A DNA stretch of 64,000 bases from Chloroflexota bacterium. Lineage in GTDB: Bacteria > Chloroflexota > UBA11872 > VXOZ01. Where the stretch lies: positions 832,001 to 896,000 of the forward strand of contig OZ219802.1 of NCBI GenBank assembly GCA_964291655.2, written 5' to 3'. The position numbers and the translations under genes were made by a program. Shown one piece after another: positions 38,925 to 49,287 of this stretch (position 1 is the stretch's first letter; each line of letters opens with the position of its first letter). Under the pieces are notes generated by a model. It was not told the DNA's origin, made no database searches, and saw only the letters and a list, made by a program, of their open reading frames with translations.

Positions 38925-40289
38925 TTACTCGCGCGCCAGCCACTCATCGAGCACTGTCTGCGCTTGGGCCTCGGTATTGCGCAGGCCTTCCTCGATGGTG
39001 GTCTTGCCGGTGAGCATGTCGGGCACGCCGCCGCTCATGATGCCGAGCATCTCGTTCGCGCCGGGGGCCGAGACCACGAAGCGTCGGCCTTCCATGACGT
39101 CAACCTGATGGATGACGAACGGATCGCCGCCGTGGTAGGCCTCACTGTACGACGTGTCAACGCGAATTGGGAGGCGGTCGAAGTGCTTGGCCCAGCGGAT
39201 ATTCACGTCATCTACGCCGAAGTGCTCCATGAACGTCCACCCAAGGTCTTTATGCGTAGCGCCCACGGGCAGCACCCACGTATGGCAGCCGCCGTACGTG
39301 CGGTTGAAGCCATCTGCCGGCTTCGGCCAGTGTCCCCAGTGATACTCAAGGTCCGGCGCTTCCTGGGCGATACTCTCAAACCGGATGGAGCCGGTATCGT
39401 AGAGGTTTGCCAAACGGCTGCCGTAGAAGTGTGCCCGGGCATTCTCATCGCCCTTGAACTCCTGCAAGGCGTCGTAGCCGCCCTGCATGTCGTGCACCTT
39501 CTTCAGCCACGCCATACCTTCGCGGCCTTCCTCGGTATTGAGGGTGATCTTGGTGGCGTCTTCGTTAATGTTCTCGCCACCAAGCTGCCACATGGGCACC
39601 ATCCACACGTGGCGGTTAGCCCACAACGGACCCCACGCCACCTGCTCGATGGTATTGCCGCCCTTGAATGACTTGGAGATTACATCCTCTATGTCCGTCC
39701 ACGTCACCGGCGGATTCTCCGGATCGAGGCCCGCATCCAGGTAGAGATTGTCGTGGATGTAGAAGAAGCGCACGTCCGGGCCGAAAGGCATGCTCCACAC
39801 CTGGCCTTTGTGGTCCATGTCGATGCGCAGCGAGGGCCAGATGTCATCCTTATTGATGACCGGCGATTGGGCGTAATACTGTTCCAGGCTATCCACGATG
39901 CCGCCGGCCGCCACCTGCTGGTTCTGCCAGACGCCCACCTGACCGATGTCAGGAGACGCATTCGCTGCTTGCGCGGCAATTAAGATGGTGAAGCGGTTGC
40001 CTTCCGGGATGAGGTCTTTGACCGTAAGACCCTCGACCAGGGCCTCGATCTCTTGCTTGACCTCCAGGCCCAGGCCCTGTGAAAGGTCCCACCGGGCGGT
40101 CGTCCACACCTCTAGCTCGACAGCCTCTGCCGGTGCGGGTTGTGCTTCCTCTGCTTTGGGCGCCTCTTCTTCCGCTGGGGCATCTACGGAATCCATCGGG
40201 GCCGCCTGGCCACAGGCCACAAACAATGCACCTGCCGCGATCGCGCCTACGCCACCGAGGAACGTCCGTCTGAGAATCTTATCTCGCAT
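38925..40289 (-). CDS. Extracellular solute-binding lipoprotein (sugar ABC family 1), Tat signal
   Basis: LRRTFL twin-arginine, FVAC lipobox, acidic Ala/Pro linker, PDI, PPVTW.D, TYGG. Confidence 0.88.
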   Translation of the reverse strand: MRDKILRRTFLGGVGAIAAGALFVACGQAAPMDSVDAPAEEEAPKAEEAQPAPAEAVELEVWTTARWDLSQGLGLEVKQEIEALVEGLTVKDLIPEGNRFTILIAAQAANASPDIGQVGVWQNQQVAAGGIVDSLEQYYAQSPVINKDDIWPSLRIDMDHKGQVWSMPFGPDVRFFYIHDNLYLDAGLDPENPPVTWTDIEDVISKSFKGGNTIEQVAWGPLWANRHVWMVPMWQLGGENINEDATKITLNTEEGREGMAWLKKVHDMQGGYDALQEFKGDENARAHFYGSRLANLYDTGSIRFESIAQEAPDLEYHWGHWPKPADGFNRTYGGCHTWVLPVGATHKDLGWTFMEHFGVDDVNIRWAKHFDRLPIRVDTSYSEAYHGGDPFVIHQVDVMEGRRFVVSAPGANEMLGIMSGGVPDMLTGKTTIEEGLRNTEAQAQTVLDEWLARE

Positions 40290-40505
40290 TTTCCTCTCCT
40301 TACACTTCACGAATCACGTCCCAGAGTCTCACTCAAACTCTAGTCCCAATTTGGTTTGAGTGCAACCGCACCCAACGGAGTGGCAGAGACCCCACATGGT
40401 AGGGGCGGCTCGCGAACCGCCCCTGCGGATGTCGCCATGTCACCGTTTGTCTATACTAGATGGACGGATGCAGTCCTCCGCGGAACGTTGTCGAAAAGGA
40501 AAGTC

Positions 40506-41297
40506 ATGGCGGAATGGCGCTACGCAAAGCTCACCTGGCCGGAAGTGCGAAAGGCAGCGCGGGAGCAAAAGGCGGTCTTGTTGCCTGTAGCGGCCATCGA
40601 ACAGCACGGTCCGCACTTGCCGATTGACACTGATAACGTCGCGGCGCTGGCCGTCTGCGAGCGCGCGGCACAAGCCGCCCCTAGCAAACTCCTCTGTGCG
40701 CCGCCGATCCACTACGGCTTCAACGAGCACAATATGGACTTTCCCGGTACCATTTCAGTCCAGGCGCAGCACTTCATCGACTATTGCTACGACGTGGCGG
40801 TGAGCTTTGCGCGCCATCGCTTTCCCATCATCCTCTTTGTAAACGGACACGCCTCAAACGACCCATTGCTGCAAGTCGCCGCGCGCCTCGCCACACTGCA
40901 CTCCAACGCCGCGTGCGCTCTCGTATCCTATTGGGAACTGGCAAAGGAAGAAGTTGAAGAATGGCGGGAATCTGAGTATCCCGGCGGCATGGATCACGCC
41001 GGCGAATTTGAAACCTCAATCTACTTGGCGCTCGATCCGGCACGCGTGCAAATGGACAAGGCGCAAGCCGACTACAGAATCCGCACCAAGTGGCATTACC
41101 GCGACCTGATGGGCGGCTCGCCGGTGAAGTACGTAGACCACCTCAGCAAGATGTCGGCAGACGGCACCGGCGGCGATCCTACCCTCGGCGCGGCCTGGAA
41201 AGGCGAACGCATTCTGGAGACGGTGAGCCAGGCCATCATCGAGGTTGTGGAAGACATTCGCGGCCTGCAGTACGGTCCAAGAGTGGACCACCACTGA
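40506..41297 (+). CDS. Creatininase family amidohydrolase
   Basis: EQHGPHLPIDTD, H.DFPGTI, NGHASN, HAGEFETS. Confidence 0.92.
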   Translation: MAEWRYAKLTWPEVRKAAREQKAVLLPVAAIEQHGPHLPIDTDNVAALAVCERAAQAAPSKLLCAPPIHYGFNEHNMDFPGTISVQAQHFIDYCYDVAVSFARHRFPIILFVNGHASNDPLLQVAARLATLHSNAACALVSYWELAKEEVEEWRESEYPGGMDHAGEFETSIYLALDPARVQMDKAQADYRIRTKWHYRDLMGGSPVKYVDHLSKMSADGTGGDPTLGAAWKGERILETVSQAIIEVVEDIRGLQYGPRVDHH

Positions 41298-41338
41298 AAG
41301 CCAATACCAGACTGATTGCAACCCACCACGAGTACCGG

Positions 41339-42559
41339 TTAGGACAGCACTTCATTCACCAGCGACAGGCCGGCATCCAGTCGCTGCGGCCAGTCCGGGG
41401 CAAGGTGGCGCACGGGGTTGGTGCAGACCCGGAAGATACAAACGGCCTCACGCAGATTGAGATCCCGCTCTTCCCAGCCAAAACGTTGCAACGCTGCGGA
41501 GCGAAAGGCCTGGTAATATGCGCCGCTCGCCTTCGACTCCCCTTCGCGCCCAAACCGTGCCGTCCAGCGCATGTGGGCGAGAAAATTGCCCACGTCGATC
41601 ATTGGATCGCCCAATCCGGTTTCCTCGAAGTCTACGAGTGCAAGTCTGCCGTCGAAAACACGAATCATCTGGTCGTCATAGAAGTCATTGTGAGCGACGG
41701 ATGAAGGTTGCCACGCTCTGGCAAAGTCGTCCAGCACTGCGGTTGCATCCTGCAGCTTGAGGCGGATTGCGGCGTGATCTCGCAGTACCTGCCGGAAGAC
41801 GCGCCTAGCGCGACGGTAGGCTCCGTGGAGGTTCAACGGGCGGGCGTCGCCGGCCGCTGGAGGGATTTTCCATAGCTGTTCCAGATTGTCAAGGATTGGA
41901 TTGAGGTCTACGTCTTCTCCTCTGCGGATGAGGCGGCGCACATTCTTGCCCGGTATTTCGGCCAGCCACACGACGCCACCTTCGGCCCAGCAGCCTGCCA
42001 AACGGGGCAGCACAAATCCGGTCTGCCCAACGAGCTCTGCAGCAGCCATAAGCCGCGGCACGCGGCCGGGCCGCATAACCCGCACGTAGAAGCGCACGCG
42101 GCCATGCTTATGACGCAATACGGCATGTCCGCCGGGTCTGTAGCGCACAAGATCCAACCGCACGCGCTGTACTGACGTCGCGAGCACATACTGGCTAAGC
42201 AAGCGGCTGGCCGCCAGTGGAGAGGCTGCCTCCGCAAGGCCGGGCAGGGAGGGGTCATCGGGGTAGCAAAAGAACCGCGGCGGTCGGTCGCGGATGAGCT
42301 CGATAGCGAACTGCTGCTGAGTGACGAATTCATCCCACGGCCACTCAGCGACGTAGGTGGCAGTCGCGCTTCGTCTGGGATTGTAGCTCAGTTGGCGCAA
42401 GCGCAGCCGCTGCGGTATCTCCTCCGGCTCGCCAAGCCTGGAACAGAACGTGCGCCAGACCCAATCGCCGTCAAAGAGGCTAGGAAAGTCACTCAGGCGC
42501 TGGTCGTTCGGGAATGCCATCTGCGGAGACAAGGGCGGAGCGGTAAGCAAGCTCGACAC
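41339..42559 (-). CDS. Aminoglycoside phosphotransferase-like kinase
   Basis: DPSLPGL, RYRPG..A, HNDFYDDQ, LVDFE, GDP.IDVGNFLAH. Confidence 0.82.
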   Translation of the reverse strand: MSSLLTAPPLSPQMAFPNDQRLSDFPSLFDGDWVWRTFCSRLGEPEEIPQRLRLRQLSYNPRRSATATYVAEWPWDEFVTQQQFAIELIRDRPPRFFCYPDDPSLPGLAEAASPLAASRLLSQYVLATSVQRVRLDLVRYRPGGHAVLRHKHGRVRFYVRVMRPGRVPRLMAAAELVGQTGFVLPRLAGCWAEGGVVWLAEIPGKNVRRLIRRGEDVDLNPILDNLEQLWKIPPAAGDARPLNLHGAYRRARRVFRQVLRDHAAIRLKLQDATAVLDDFARAWQPSSVAHNDFYDDQMIRVFDGRLALVDFEETGLGDPMIDVGNFLAHMRWTARFGREGESKASGAYYQAFRSAALQRFGWEERDLNLREAVCIFRVCTNPVRHLAPDWPQRLDAGLSLVNEVLS

Positions 42560-42603
42560 GTCATGCCCGCTTCAATGAGCGGCAGAATCTCGGTGTTTCG
42601 CGG

Positions 42604-43695
42604 CTAGTCGCTATCATCATCACTATCGACATCTTCCGAGCCGCTCTCGATTGGGGTATCGTCGGTTGGGTCAGTATCGGTAACTGTCACTGAAGTACCG
42701 TCATCCGTAGCCGTCGCCGTGGCGGTTGCTGTCTGGTCGCCTGTGGCAGTCGCCGTTGCCGTGTCGGTCGCAGTCGTTGTGGAGACATTCTGGCCGGGAG
42801 GCGTGTCGTCGGTACCAGTTTGAGTTGCAGAGGTGCCGTCGTCTGTCGCCGTAGCTGTTGCCGTAGCGGTCAGATCACCGGTTCCCGTCGCGGTCGCGGT
42901 CGCCGTCGCTGTTGCCGTGTCTGTGGCAGTCGCAGTCGCTACACTCTGACCTTCAGGCGTATCGTCCGTTTCGGTATGCGTCTCTGAGGTGCCGTCGTCG
43001 GTCGCGGTCGCCGTCGCCGTCGCCGTTTGATCGCCTGTCCCCGTCGCTGTTGCGGTTGCCGTTGCGGTTTCAGTGTCGTCGTCCAAGTCGTCAACATCGT
43101 CATCATCGTCAATCTTGTTGACCAAACGTAGGAGAACCGCCTCCCTACTATCGGGAGCCGTGGGATCTGTTCCCGGGGCCGGACTTGAGGGAGTTGTGGC
43201 TGGCTCGAGCGCCAAGCGCACAAGACTATCCGCCGACAGACCGTACGTGCCCTCCCACGTTGGCGGATCAAGCACGAATTCTCCATAATTACCGCTGTCT
43301 ATCCCGAAGAGTTCCACATCGTTCAAAGACTGTATGTGCAGTAATTGTGGCTCCGTCCACTCCGTTTCCCACTTAACCAGATAGATGGGATCGCCATCTT
43401 TCAGCAATCCGGTGGAAAGCCATGGATCGCCGATATCCAAGACCTGGAGCTCTTCTAAGCTGACCTCTACGCGCTTATTCCAGTCTATGAGACGCCCGGA
43501 AAGGGCGCGTGTATCGCCGCCCCAATGCAGGATGCCTTCCTCATCGGCAAACCAAAGGTGGGGAGTGCCCTGCAGGGAAACGACAGTGCCGGGAGGCAGC
43601 GTGACCTCCGCCTGCACTCCGAGGGCCGGAGAAAGTGCGGCAAAAACCAGGACAGCAAAGACGAGGACGCTTAATGGGCCCTGAAGGTACTTCAC
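42604..43695 (-). CDS. Secreted protein with a C-terminal Thr/Ala/Asp periodic repeat region
   Basis: Signal peptide (VQA-E), globular N-domain (LQGTPHLW...HWGGDTRAL), then about 3 copies of a TATATAT-rich unit; start GTG 43695 inferred. Confidence 0.75.
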   Translation of the reverse strand: MKYLQGPLSVLVFAVLVFAALSPALGVQAEVTLPPGTVVSLQGTPHLWFADEEGILHWGGDTRALSGRLIDWNKRVEVSLEELQVLDIGDPWLSTGLLKDGDPIYLVKWETEWTEPQLLHIQSLNDVELFGIDSGNYGEFVLDPPTWEGTYGLSADSLVRLALEPATTPSSPAPGTDPTAPDSREAVLLRLVNKIDDDDDVDDLDDDTETATATATATGTGDQTATATATATDDGTSETHTETDDTPEGQSVATATATDTATATATATATGTGDLTATATATATDDGTSATQTGTDDTPPGQNVSTTTATDTATATATGDQTATATATATDDGTSVTVTDTDPTDDTPIESGSEDVDSDDDSD

Positions 43696-43879
43696 CGGGA
43701 ACTCCCATCCAGGCAGCGAACAAAGCCGCACAATTCATGCAGCCTTTCGCAGGCTTTACTCTCTACCTTCAGCACACCCTAAATGAAAGAGGCTTGACTG
43801 TCAAATTTATAAACGTATATGAACCAGGATACAGTCTCCGGAACTGACAGTAATGTGCCTTGAACTAGGTGCTGTATGC

Positions 43880-45196
43880 TTACACCGGCGCGGGGAACGC
43901 GTCACAGAGATCGAGCACGTCCCGCTGTACCCGCTGCAACATGGCCGCGTCCTTGCGATTGTGGACTACCTCTGCCATGCCGGTCCCGATGCGCTGCATT
44001 TCTGGCACGCCCATGCCGCGCGACGTAACCGCTGGCGACCCAATGCGAATGCCGCTGGTCACGAACGCCGAGCGAGTCTCGCGCGGTACCGTGTTCTTGT
44101 TTACGGTGATGTTGGCCTTGGCCAGAGCAGCCTCCACCACCTTGCCGGAGGGTCCCTCTTTGCCAAAGTCCACGACCATGAGGTGGTTATCCGTGCCACC
44201 GGAGACAACGCGCAGGCCGTGCTCCATGAGAGTCGTGGCAAGCGCGTCTGCGTTTTCTAGGACGGACTCGCTATACGCCCTGAATTCCGGCGTCATCGCC
44301 TCCGCCAATGCTACCGCTTTGCCTGCCATGATGTGCATGAATGGGCCGCCTTGCAGGCCGGGAAATATCGCGCTATCCACCTTCTTGGCAAACTCCTCCT
44401 TGCAAAGGATTATGCCGCCGCGAGGCCCACGCAGCGTCTTGTGGGTGGACGAGGTTACGAAATGCGCGTGGGGCACCGGGCTGGGATGGAGGCCGGTGGC
44501 GACAAGACCGGCAATGTGCGCCATGTCCACCATGAAGAGCGCGCCGACGGAGTCTGCAATTTCTCTCAAGCGGGCGAAGTCAATGATGCGCGAGTAAGCC
44601 GTAGCCCCACCGACGATTAAGCGCGGCTGGCACTCGTGAGCGATGCGCTCCACCTCGGCGTAATCGATGAGCTCCGTATCCAGATTCACCCCATAGGGGA
44701 CGAAATTATAAACGAGTCCGGAAAAGTTCTTGGGGTGCCCGTGAGTGAGGTGCCCGCCTTGGGCTAGGGACATGCCCATGACCGTATCGCCGGGCTCCAG
44801 CATGGCAAGGTAGACCGCGGCATTGGGATTGGAACCGGAATATGGCTGCACATTGGCGTGTTCAGCGCCGAAGAGCGCCTTTGCGCGGTCGATTGCCAGT
44901 TGCTCGATCTCATCCACGAATTCGCAGCCGCCGTAATAGCGCCGTCCCGGGTAGCCTTCAGCGTACTTGTTCGTAAGAATAGAGCCGCACGCCTCGCGAA
45001 CCGCTACACTCGTGTAATTCTCGGAAGCGATGAGTTCCAGGTGGTCTTCCTGGCGTTGGCGCTCTTTCACAATCCATTGGTAGACTGCCGGGTCTTGCCG
45101 AGCGATTGACTCTAGTCCGGCGAGATCCTCTTGTACGGCGTTTGCAACGAAGTCGGCGTCTGCAACGAAGTTGGCGTCTGCGACGAAGTCGGCCAC
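43880..45196 (-). CDS. glyA: Serine hydroxymethyltransferase
   Basis: [57 protein letters not shown]. Confidence 0.97.
   Translation of the reverse strand: MADFVADANFVADADFVANAVQEDLAGLESIARQDPAVYQWIVKERQRQEDHLELIASENYTSVAVREACGSILTNKYAEGYPGRRYYGGCEFVDEIEQLAIDRAKALFGAEHANVQPYSGSNPNAAVYLAMLEPGDTVMGMSLAQGGHLTHGHPKNFSGLVYNFVPYGVNLDTELIDYAEVERIAHECQPRLIVGGATAYSRIIDFARLREIADSVGALFMVDMAHIAGLVATGLHPSPVPHAHFVTSSTHKTLRGPRGGIILCKEEFAKKVDSAIFPGLQGGPFMHIMAGKAVALAEAMTPEFRAYSESVLENADALATTLMEHGLRVVSGGTDNHLMVVDFGKEGPSGKVVEAALAKANITVNKNTVPRETRSAFVTSGIRIGSPAVTSRGMGVPEMQRIGTGMAEVVHNRKDAAMLQRVQRDVLDLCDAFPAPV
45137..45193 (-). repeat. In-frame 18-bp tandem repeat x3 at the 5' end of glyA
   Basis: GGCGTTTGCAACGAAGTC / GGCGTCTGCAACGAAGTT / GGCGTCTGCGACGAAGTC encoding [18 protein letters not shown]. 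Confidence 0.9.
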
Positions 45197-45512
45197 GTCT
45201 GGGTTTCCTTTCTAGTATTCACTTGTCCTGACGGCCAGTACTCCACACACTACGAATGTACGTAAATGGGGCAACATCTGCGCTCCATGATCCTGCCTTA
45301 ATCGTAGCACAGGGCCACACCCTACAGACCACCTTGCGTACCAAATTCGCCGGCATCCGCGAACGCGCAAACATGGTCGAACCTAGCAGTGGGAGCCCTG
45401 GAACCTTCATTGGCAAGAATCGCCTGTGCAGGTCATGCGACCTGCCAAGAGTTGGGGTATAGTGAGGTGAAGGGCGTGAAACGCTGCCGGCATGGGAATA
45501 AGGCGGTGCTGG

Positions 45513-46823
45513 ATGCAAGAGGCTGAACGTCAGTCAGAGCGTGGGACGGTACAGGTAGAACTGGAGCGGCCGCTCATCTTCGTGCTGACCGCCGCCATCT
45601 TGCTGCTTGCGCTAATCTCCGGCATCAACGTCCTCTACTCCTTCCTCTACGCCATGCTCGGCCTCATTGCCCTGAGCTATTTCTGGACGACCCGGAATAT
45701 CCGCAACCTAACCGTGGAGCGCCATCTTCTCTCCAAGTGGGCGACGCTCGGCGATGAGATTGTGGAGACGTTTCGCGTAGATAATTACGGTGCGCTGCCC
45801 GTGCTTTGGGTGGAAGTAAACGACCACTCAGACGTACCCGGTTACGAGGCCGGCATCGTCACCGGACTGGGGCCCCGCGAGCACCGGGAATGGAAGTCGC
45901 GCGCTGTGTGCAGCCGCCGCGGACTCTATCGTCTGGGGCCTTTGCGCGTGTTTACGGGCGACCCGTTTGGCATCTTCCGCGCCACCAAGGTGCTGCCGGA
46001 TGAAGCGACATTTCTCGTCTACCCGCCTATAACCGAAGTGCCGGGGCTTGCCCTGCCGACGGGACGCCAGACGGGAGAATCACGCTCCTTGCGGCGCGCC
46101 TTGCACCTCACCACCGATGCCGCCAGTGTCCGTGAATACGTGCCCGGAGACGCCTTGCACATCATTCACTGGCCCACCACTGCCCGACGCGGCCGCCTGC
46201 AGACGAAGGAATTCGATATGGAACCGGGCGGCAGCACCTGGATCTTGCTCGACCTGGATAGGTCGGTTCAGGCAGGTGAAGAAGATGAGTCTACGGAGGA
46301 ATATACCGTTAAGCTCGCCGCCGCATTGGTGTACCGCTTAATCCGTGAGCAGAAGTCGATTGGCCTAATTACTTACGGCGACGAGCAACGGGTCTTGCGC
46401 GCGAATAAGGGCAGCCAGCACATGTGGCGCATTATGGAAATTCTGGCGATCATTCGTGCCCAGGGCACTGCCAAGGTAGGAGAAGTGTTGTCTGAAGTCG
46501 CACCGCAAATCCGGGGCAGCATGAGCCTTATCGTCATCACACCAAGCACCGACCCCGAGTTGGCGCCAATCCTGGTTAATGTGTCCCGCAGAGGTATTCG
46601 ACCCACAGTGCTCCATCTGGTGCCGGAAACTTTCGGCAGCGCCAAGCCAAGTGCTCCATTGCAGAGTGCGCTTGGCGCCGCCGGGATCTCGTATATTGAA
46701 ATCGAGCAGGGGCAGGAGTTCCGCACAATCGCCTTGGAAAAGGGCGACGAGGATATCCGGCGCCGCGCACAAACAGTGGAAACCACCGCAACGGGCCGAG
46801 TCCATGGTATGAGCGCAGGCTAG
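45513..46823 (+). CDS. DUF58 domain membrane protein
   Basis: RRGLY.LG, DPFG, LVYP, VREYVPGD..IHW..TAR.G.L.TKEF. Confidence 0.9.
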   Translation: MQEAERQSERGTVQVELERPLIFVLTAAILLLALISGINVLYSFLYAMLGLIALSYFWTTRNIRNLTVERHLLSKWATLGDEIVETFRVDNYGALPVLWVEVNDHSDVPGYEAGIVTGLGPREHREWKSRAVCSRRGLYRLGPLRVFTGDPFGIFRATKVLPDEATFLVYPPITEVPGLALPTGRQTGESRSLRRALHLTTDAASVREYVPGDALHIIHWPTTARRGRLQTKEFDMEPGGSTWILLDLDRSVQAGEEDESTEEYTVKLAAALVYRLIREQKSIGLITYGDEQRVLRANKGSQHMWRIMEILAIIRAQGTAKVGEVLSEVAPQIRGSMSLIVITPSTDPELAPILVNVSRRGIRPTVLHLVPETFGSAKPSAPLQSALGAAGISYIEIEQGQEFRTIALEKGDEDIRRRAQTVETTATGRVHGMSAG

Positions 46824-46827
46824 CAGT

Positions 46828-49287
46828 ATGGCGAACTTCGTTTACTCCGACACGTCGTCTGATGACAAGCCGAGCTTGCTTGAAACCTTGCTCCAGAACT
46901 GGCTAACCCTCCTGCTCTTGGCTGCCATGGTTCTGGTAAGTTCCTGGGCCATCCATCAGTCCGGCTGGGCAACAGGCACTGAAGCCATCTTTTCCACCGC
47001 CACAATCGGCCTGGCCGTGGGCTTTCTTGCCGCCCACACAACGTGGCGAACCCGCAAGGGCTGGCTAATTGGCGCTGCCATCGGCCTTGTCTATTGCTTC
47101 TTGCTCGTAAGTGAAGCCCTGCCGCCGGTCGACCGTGTTTTCCAAGACGCCTTTGCGCTGCTCCTGAATACGCTCACGTGGATCCTCGGCGCGTTGGGCG
47201 GTCTACTTGGTGGTCGCGGGGTGCCGCAACCGATTCCTCCGGTGGATGCGGTATCCACCTTTGTCACCAATGCCAGTGACTTTGGCGTTCGCTTAGTCGA
47301 TTGGACGCAGGCAGGTATCAGGGGCACCTACTCTGAGGACAACGGTGTGTTCGTTTTCTGGATCACACTCGTCGGTTGGGCAATTGGGTTCGTGGCGACG
47401 TGGGGTTTCTTCCGGCACAACGACGTGCTCATTGCGGCAATCGTACCCGGCGTCGCAATGGTCATCAATCTGGCTTACTCCGGCCAGGGGCGTTGGCCCT
47501 TCGTCCTGTTCCTCGCTGCGACGCTCCTGCTCATGGTGCGCTTGAATCTTCACGCGCTTCACAAACGATGGGAGTCACGCAAGCTCGACTATGCGACGGA
47601 AGTAGGACTGGACGTTTTGATTGCGAGCGTGATTCTGACAACCGCGATTACGTTCATGGCAACTATGGCCCCGCGAGTGGGCAGCAATCCGATATCAGAG
47701 ACGTTCTGGACTGTTTTCGGCGGTGAATGGTCGGAGATTGACAACACCACAAAGCGTCTGTTCTCAGGCATTCAGAATCCTACCGGCGTAGGTCTCATCT
47801 TGGGCTCCGACAATCGTCTCTTTAGCGGGCCAAGGCGATTCAGCCAACCGTACCGCATGTATGTGACAACAGACGAAAGAAACTTCAACGGCTACTGGCG
47901 TGGCGCTACGTTCGATGCCTATACCGGCTATACCTGGTACAACACCAGCGGAACGCTGCTCGACCGGAGAGCGAATGAAGAGCCTATTCCACCGCCTCCC
48001 GTGAGCTATCGTCGGCCGGCAACTTTCGCGTTCCGCATTGTGGATAGTCCGAGCGACATTGTCTTTGCGCCGGACTTTCCAACCAGCATAAGTATTCCGT
48101 ACCGTGTGCAGGTAGCGTCCACGGACATACCGCTCGACTATGACCTACTGCGTGCGCGACGCGTTGCGGTGCCCGACCTGGAGTATACCCTGGAGAGCCT
48201 GGTTACTACGGCCACAGAAGATCAACTCCTCAACGCCCAGGGCGAGGTCCCCGCGGAAATCCGCCGGTATATGCAATCGCCAAGGTTGCCACAGCGGGTG
48301 GTGGACTTGACGAAGACCGTTGTGCGCGGGAAGGAATCACAATACGAGAAGGCCCTGGCGATCGAGCTGTTCCTGCGGCGAATACCCTATTCGATTGCCA
48401 TTCCGCCACCGCCTGCGGACAAGGATGCGGTTGACTATTTCCTCTTCGAGGCTAAGCGCGGTTATGCGGACTACTATGCCAGCACCATGGTGGTCATGCT
48501 GCGCACGGTGGGCGTTCCTGCCCGCCTGGCCGTGGGATTCGCCACCGGCCGGTACGACGTGGCGCAACGAAGATTCGTCGTGACCGAAAAACAGGCGCAT
48601 ACGTGGCCGGAAGTGTATTTCGCAGGCCTTGGTTGGATTCCCTTCGAGCCCAGCCCCAACCAGACGCCTATTGACCGCGGCATTCTCGCCTCTGAGATCA
48701 GCGGCTCGGCAAACCCTGAACTTGACGAATTCTACGACGAGCTCGGTGATGAGGACTTCCTGGTTACCGGCGCGGCCACCGTGCTTGGCGGGAGCGTACC
48801 GGGAACTAGCATACTCGGGGTGGCAGTCCCCAATCTGCCCGATCTCCGCCCGCTACTTTTGGTTTTGGCCGCTATCGTCGCAGGCTGGTTCACCTATAGT
48901 TTTGTGCAAGAGCGGCGCATGAAACCCCACCAAATGGTGCGGCACGTTTACCGAAAGCTTGTGCGCGCCGGCAAGCTCGCAGGTATACCCGGCTCAACTG
49001 CGCTTACCCCCCATGAATACGGTTTTCGGTTGCTCAACGACATGCACGCGATTTCTGATAAGCGCTTTCCCGAAAGTGCGGTACGGGCGATCTGCGCGAC
49101 GTATGCGGAGTCGCTCTATAGCGGGCAAGGCATCTCATCAACGCAGAAGAACACGGCGGTCAAGGCCTGGAGGCGACTCCGTTGGCGGCTCTATCGCCGA
49201 GGACTACGCTTGGGGGCAAAGCGGCTCATTCCCTTCTTGCGCAAGAGAACGCCCGTCAGCGCATCTGCAAGCAGTACTCATCAGTAG
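46828..49287 (+). CDS. TgpA-like membrane protein: DUF3488 + transglutaminase-like + DUF4129 (catalytic Cys absent)
   Basis: YWRG..FD.Y.G..W, DAVDYFLF...GYADYYAS.M.VMLR..GVPARLAVGF, AHTWPEVYF.G.GWIPFEP, LTPHEY. Confidence 0.9.
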   Translation: MANFVYSDTSSDDKPSLLETLLQNWLTLLLLAAMVLVSSWAIHQSGWATGTEAIFSTATIGLAVGFLAAHTTWRTRKGWLIGAAIGLVYCFLLVSEALPPVDRVFQDAFALLLNTLTWILGALGGLLGGRGVPQPIPPVDAVSTFVTNASDFGVRLVDWTQAGIRGTYSEDNGVFVFWITLVGWAIGFVATWGFFRHNDVLIAAIVPGVAMVINLAYSGQGRWPFVLFLAATLLLMVRLNLHALHKRWESRKLDYATEVGLDVLIASVILTTAITFMATMAPRVGSNPISETFWTVFGGEWSEIDNTTKRLFSGIQNPTGVGLILGSDNRLFSGPRRFSQPYRMYVTTDERNFNGYWRGATFDAYTGYTWYNTSGTLLDRRANEEPIPPPPVSYRRPATFAFRIVDSPSDIVFAPDFPTSISIPYRVQVASTDIPLDYDLLRARRVAVPDLEYTLESLVTTATEDQLLNAQGEVPAEIRRYMQSPRLPQRVVDLTKTVVRGKESQYEKALAIELFLRRIPYSIAIPPPPADKDAVDYFLFEAKRGYADYYASTMVVMLRTVGVPARLAVGFATGRYDVAQRRFVVTEKQAHTWPEVYFAGLGWIPFEPSPNQTPIDRGILASEISGSANPELDEFYDELGDEDFLVTGAATVLGGSVPGTSILGVAVPNLPDLRPLLLVLAAIVAGWFTYSFVQERRMKPHQMVRHVYRKLVRAGKLAGIPGSTALTPHEYGFRLLNDMHAISDKRFPESAVRAICATYAESLYSGQGISSTQKNTAVKAWRRLRWRLYRRGLRLGAKRLIPFLRKRTPVSASASSTHQ

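Noticed and set aside
40356-40505. N-terminal extension of the creatininase
   Set aside because: Contains a translated GTAG REP (GRGGSRTAP); an RBS supports ATG 40506
45197-45490. ZMP/ZTP (pfl) riboswitch upstream of glyA
   Set aside because: The expected 3' GCCxxCCGCCUGGGC hairpin was not found
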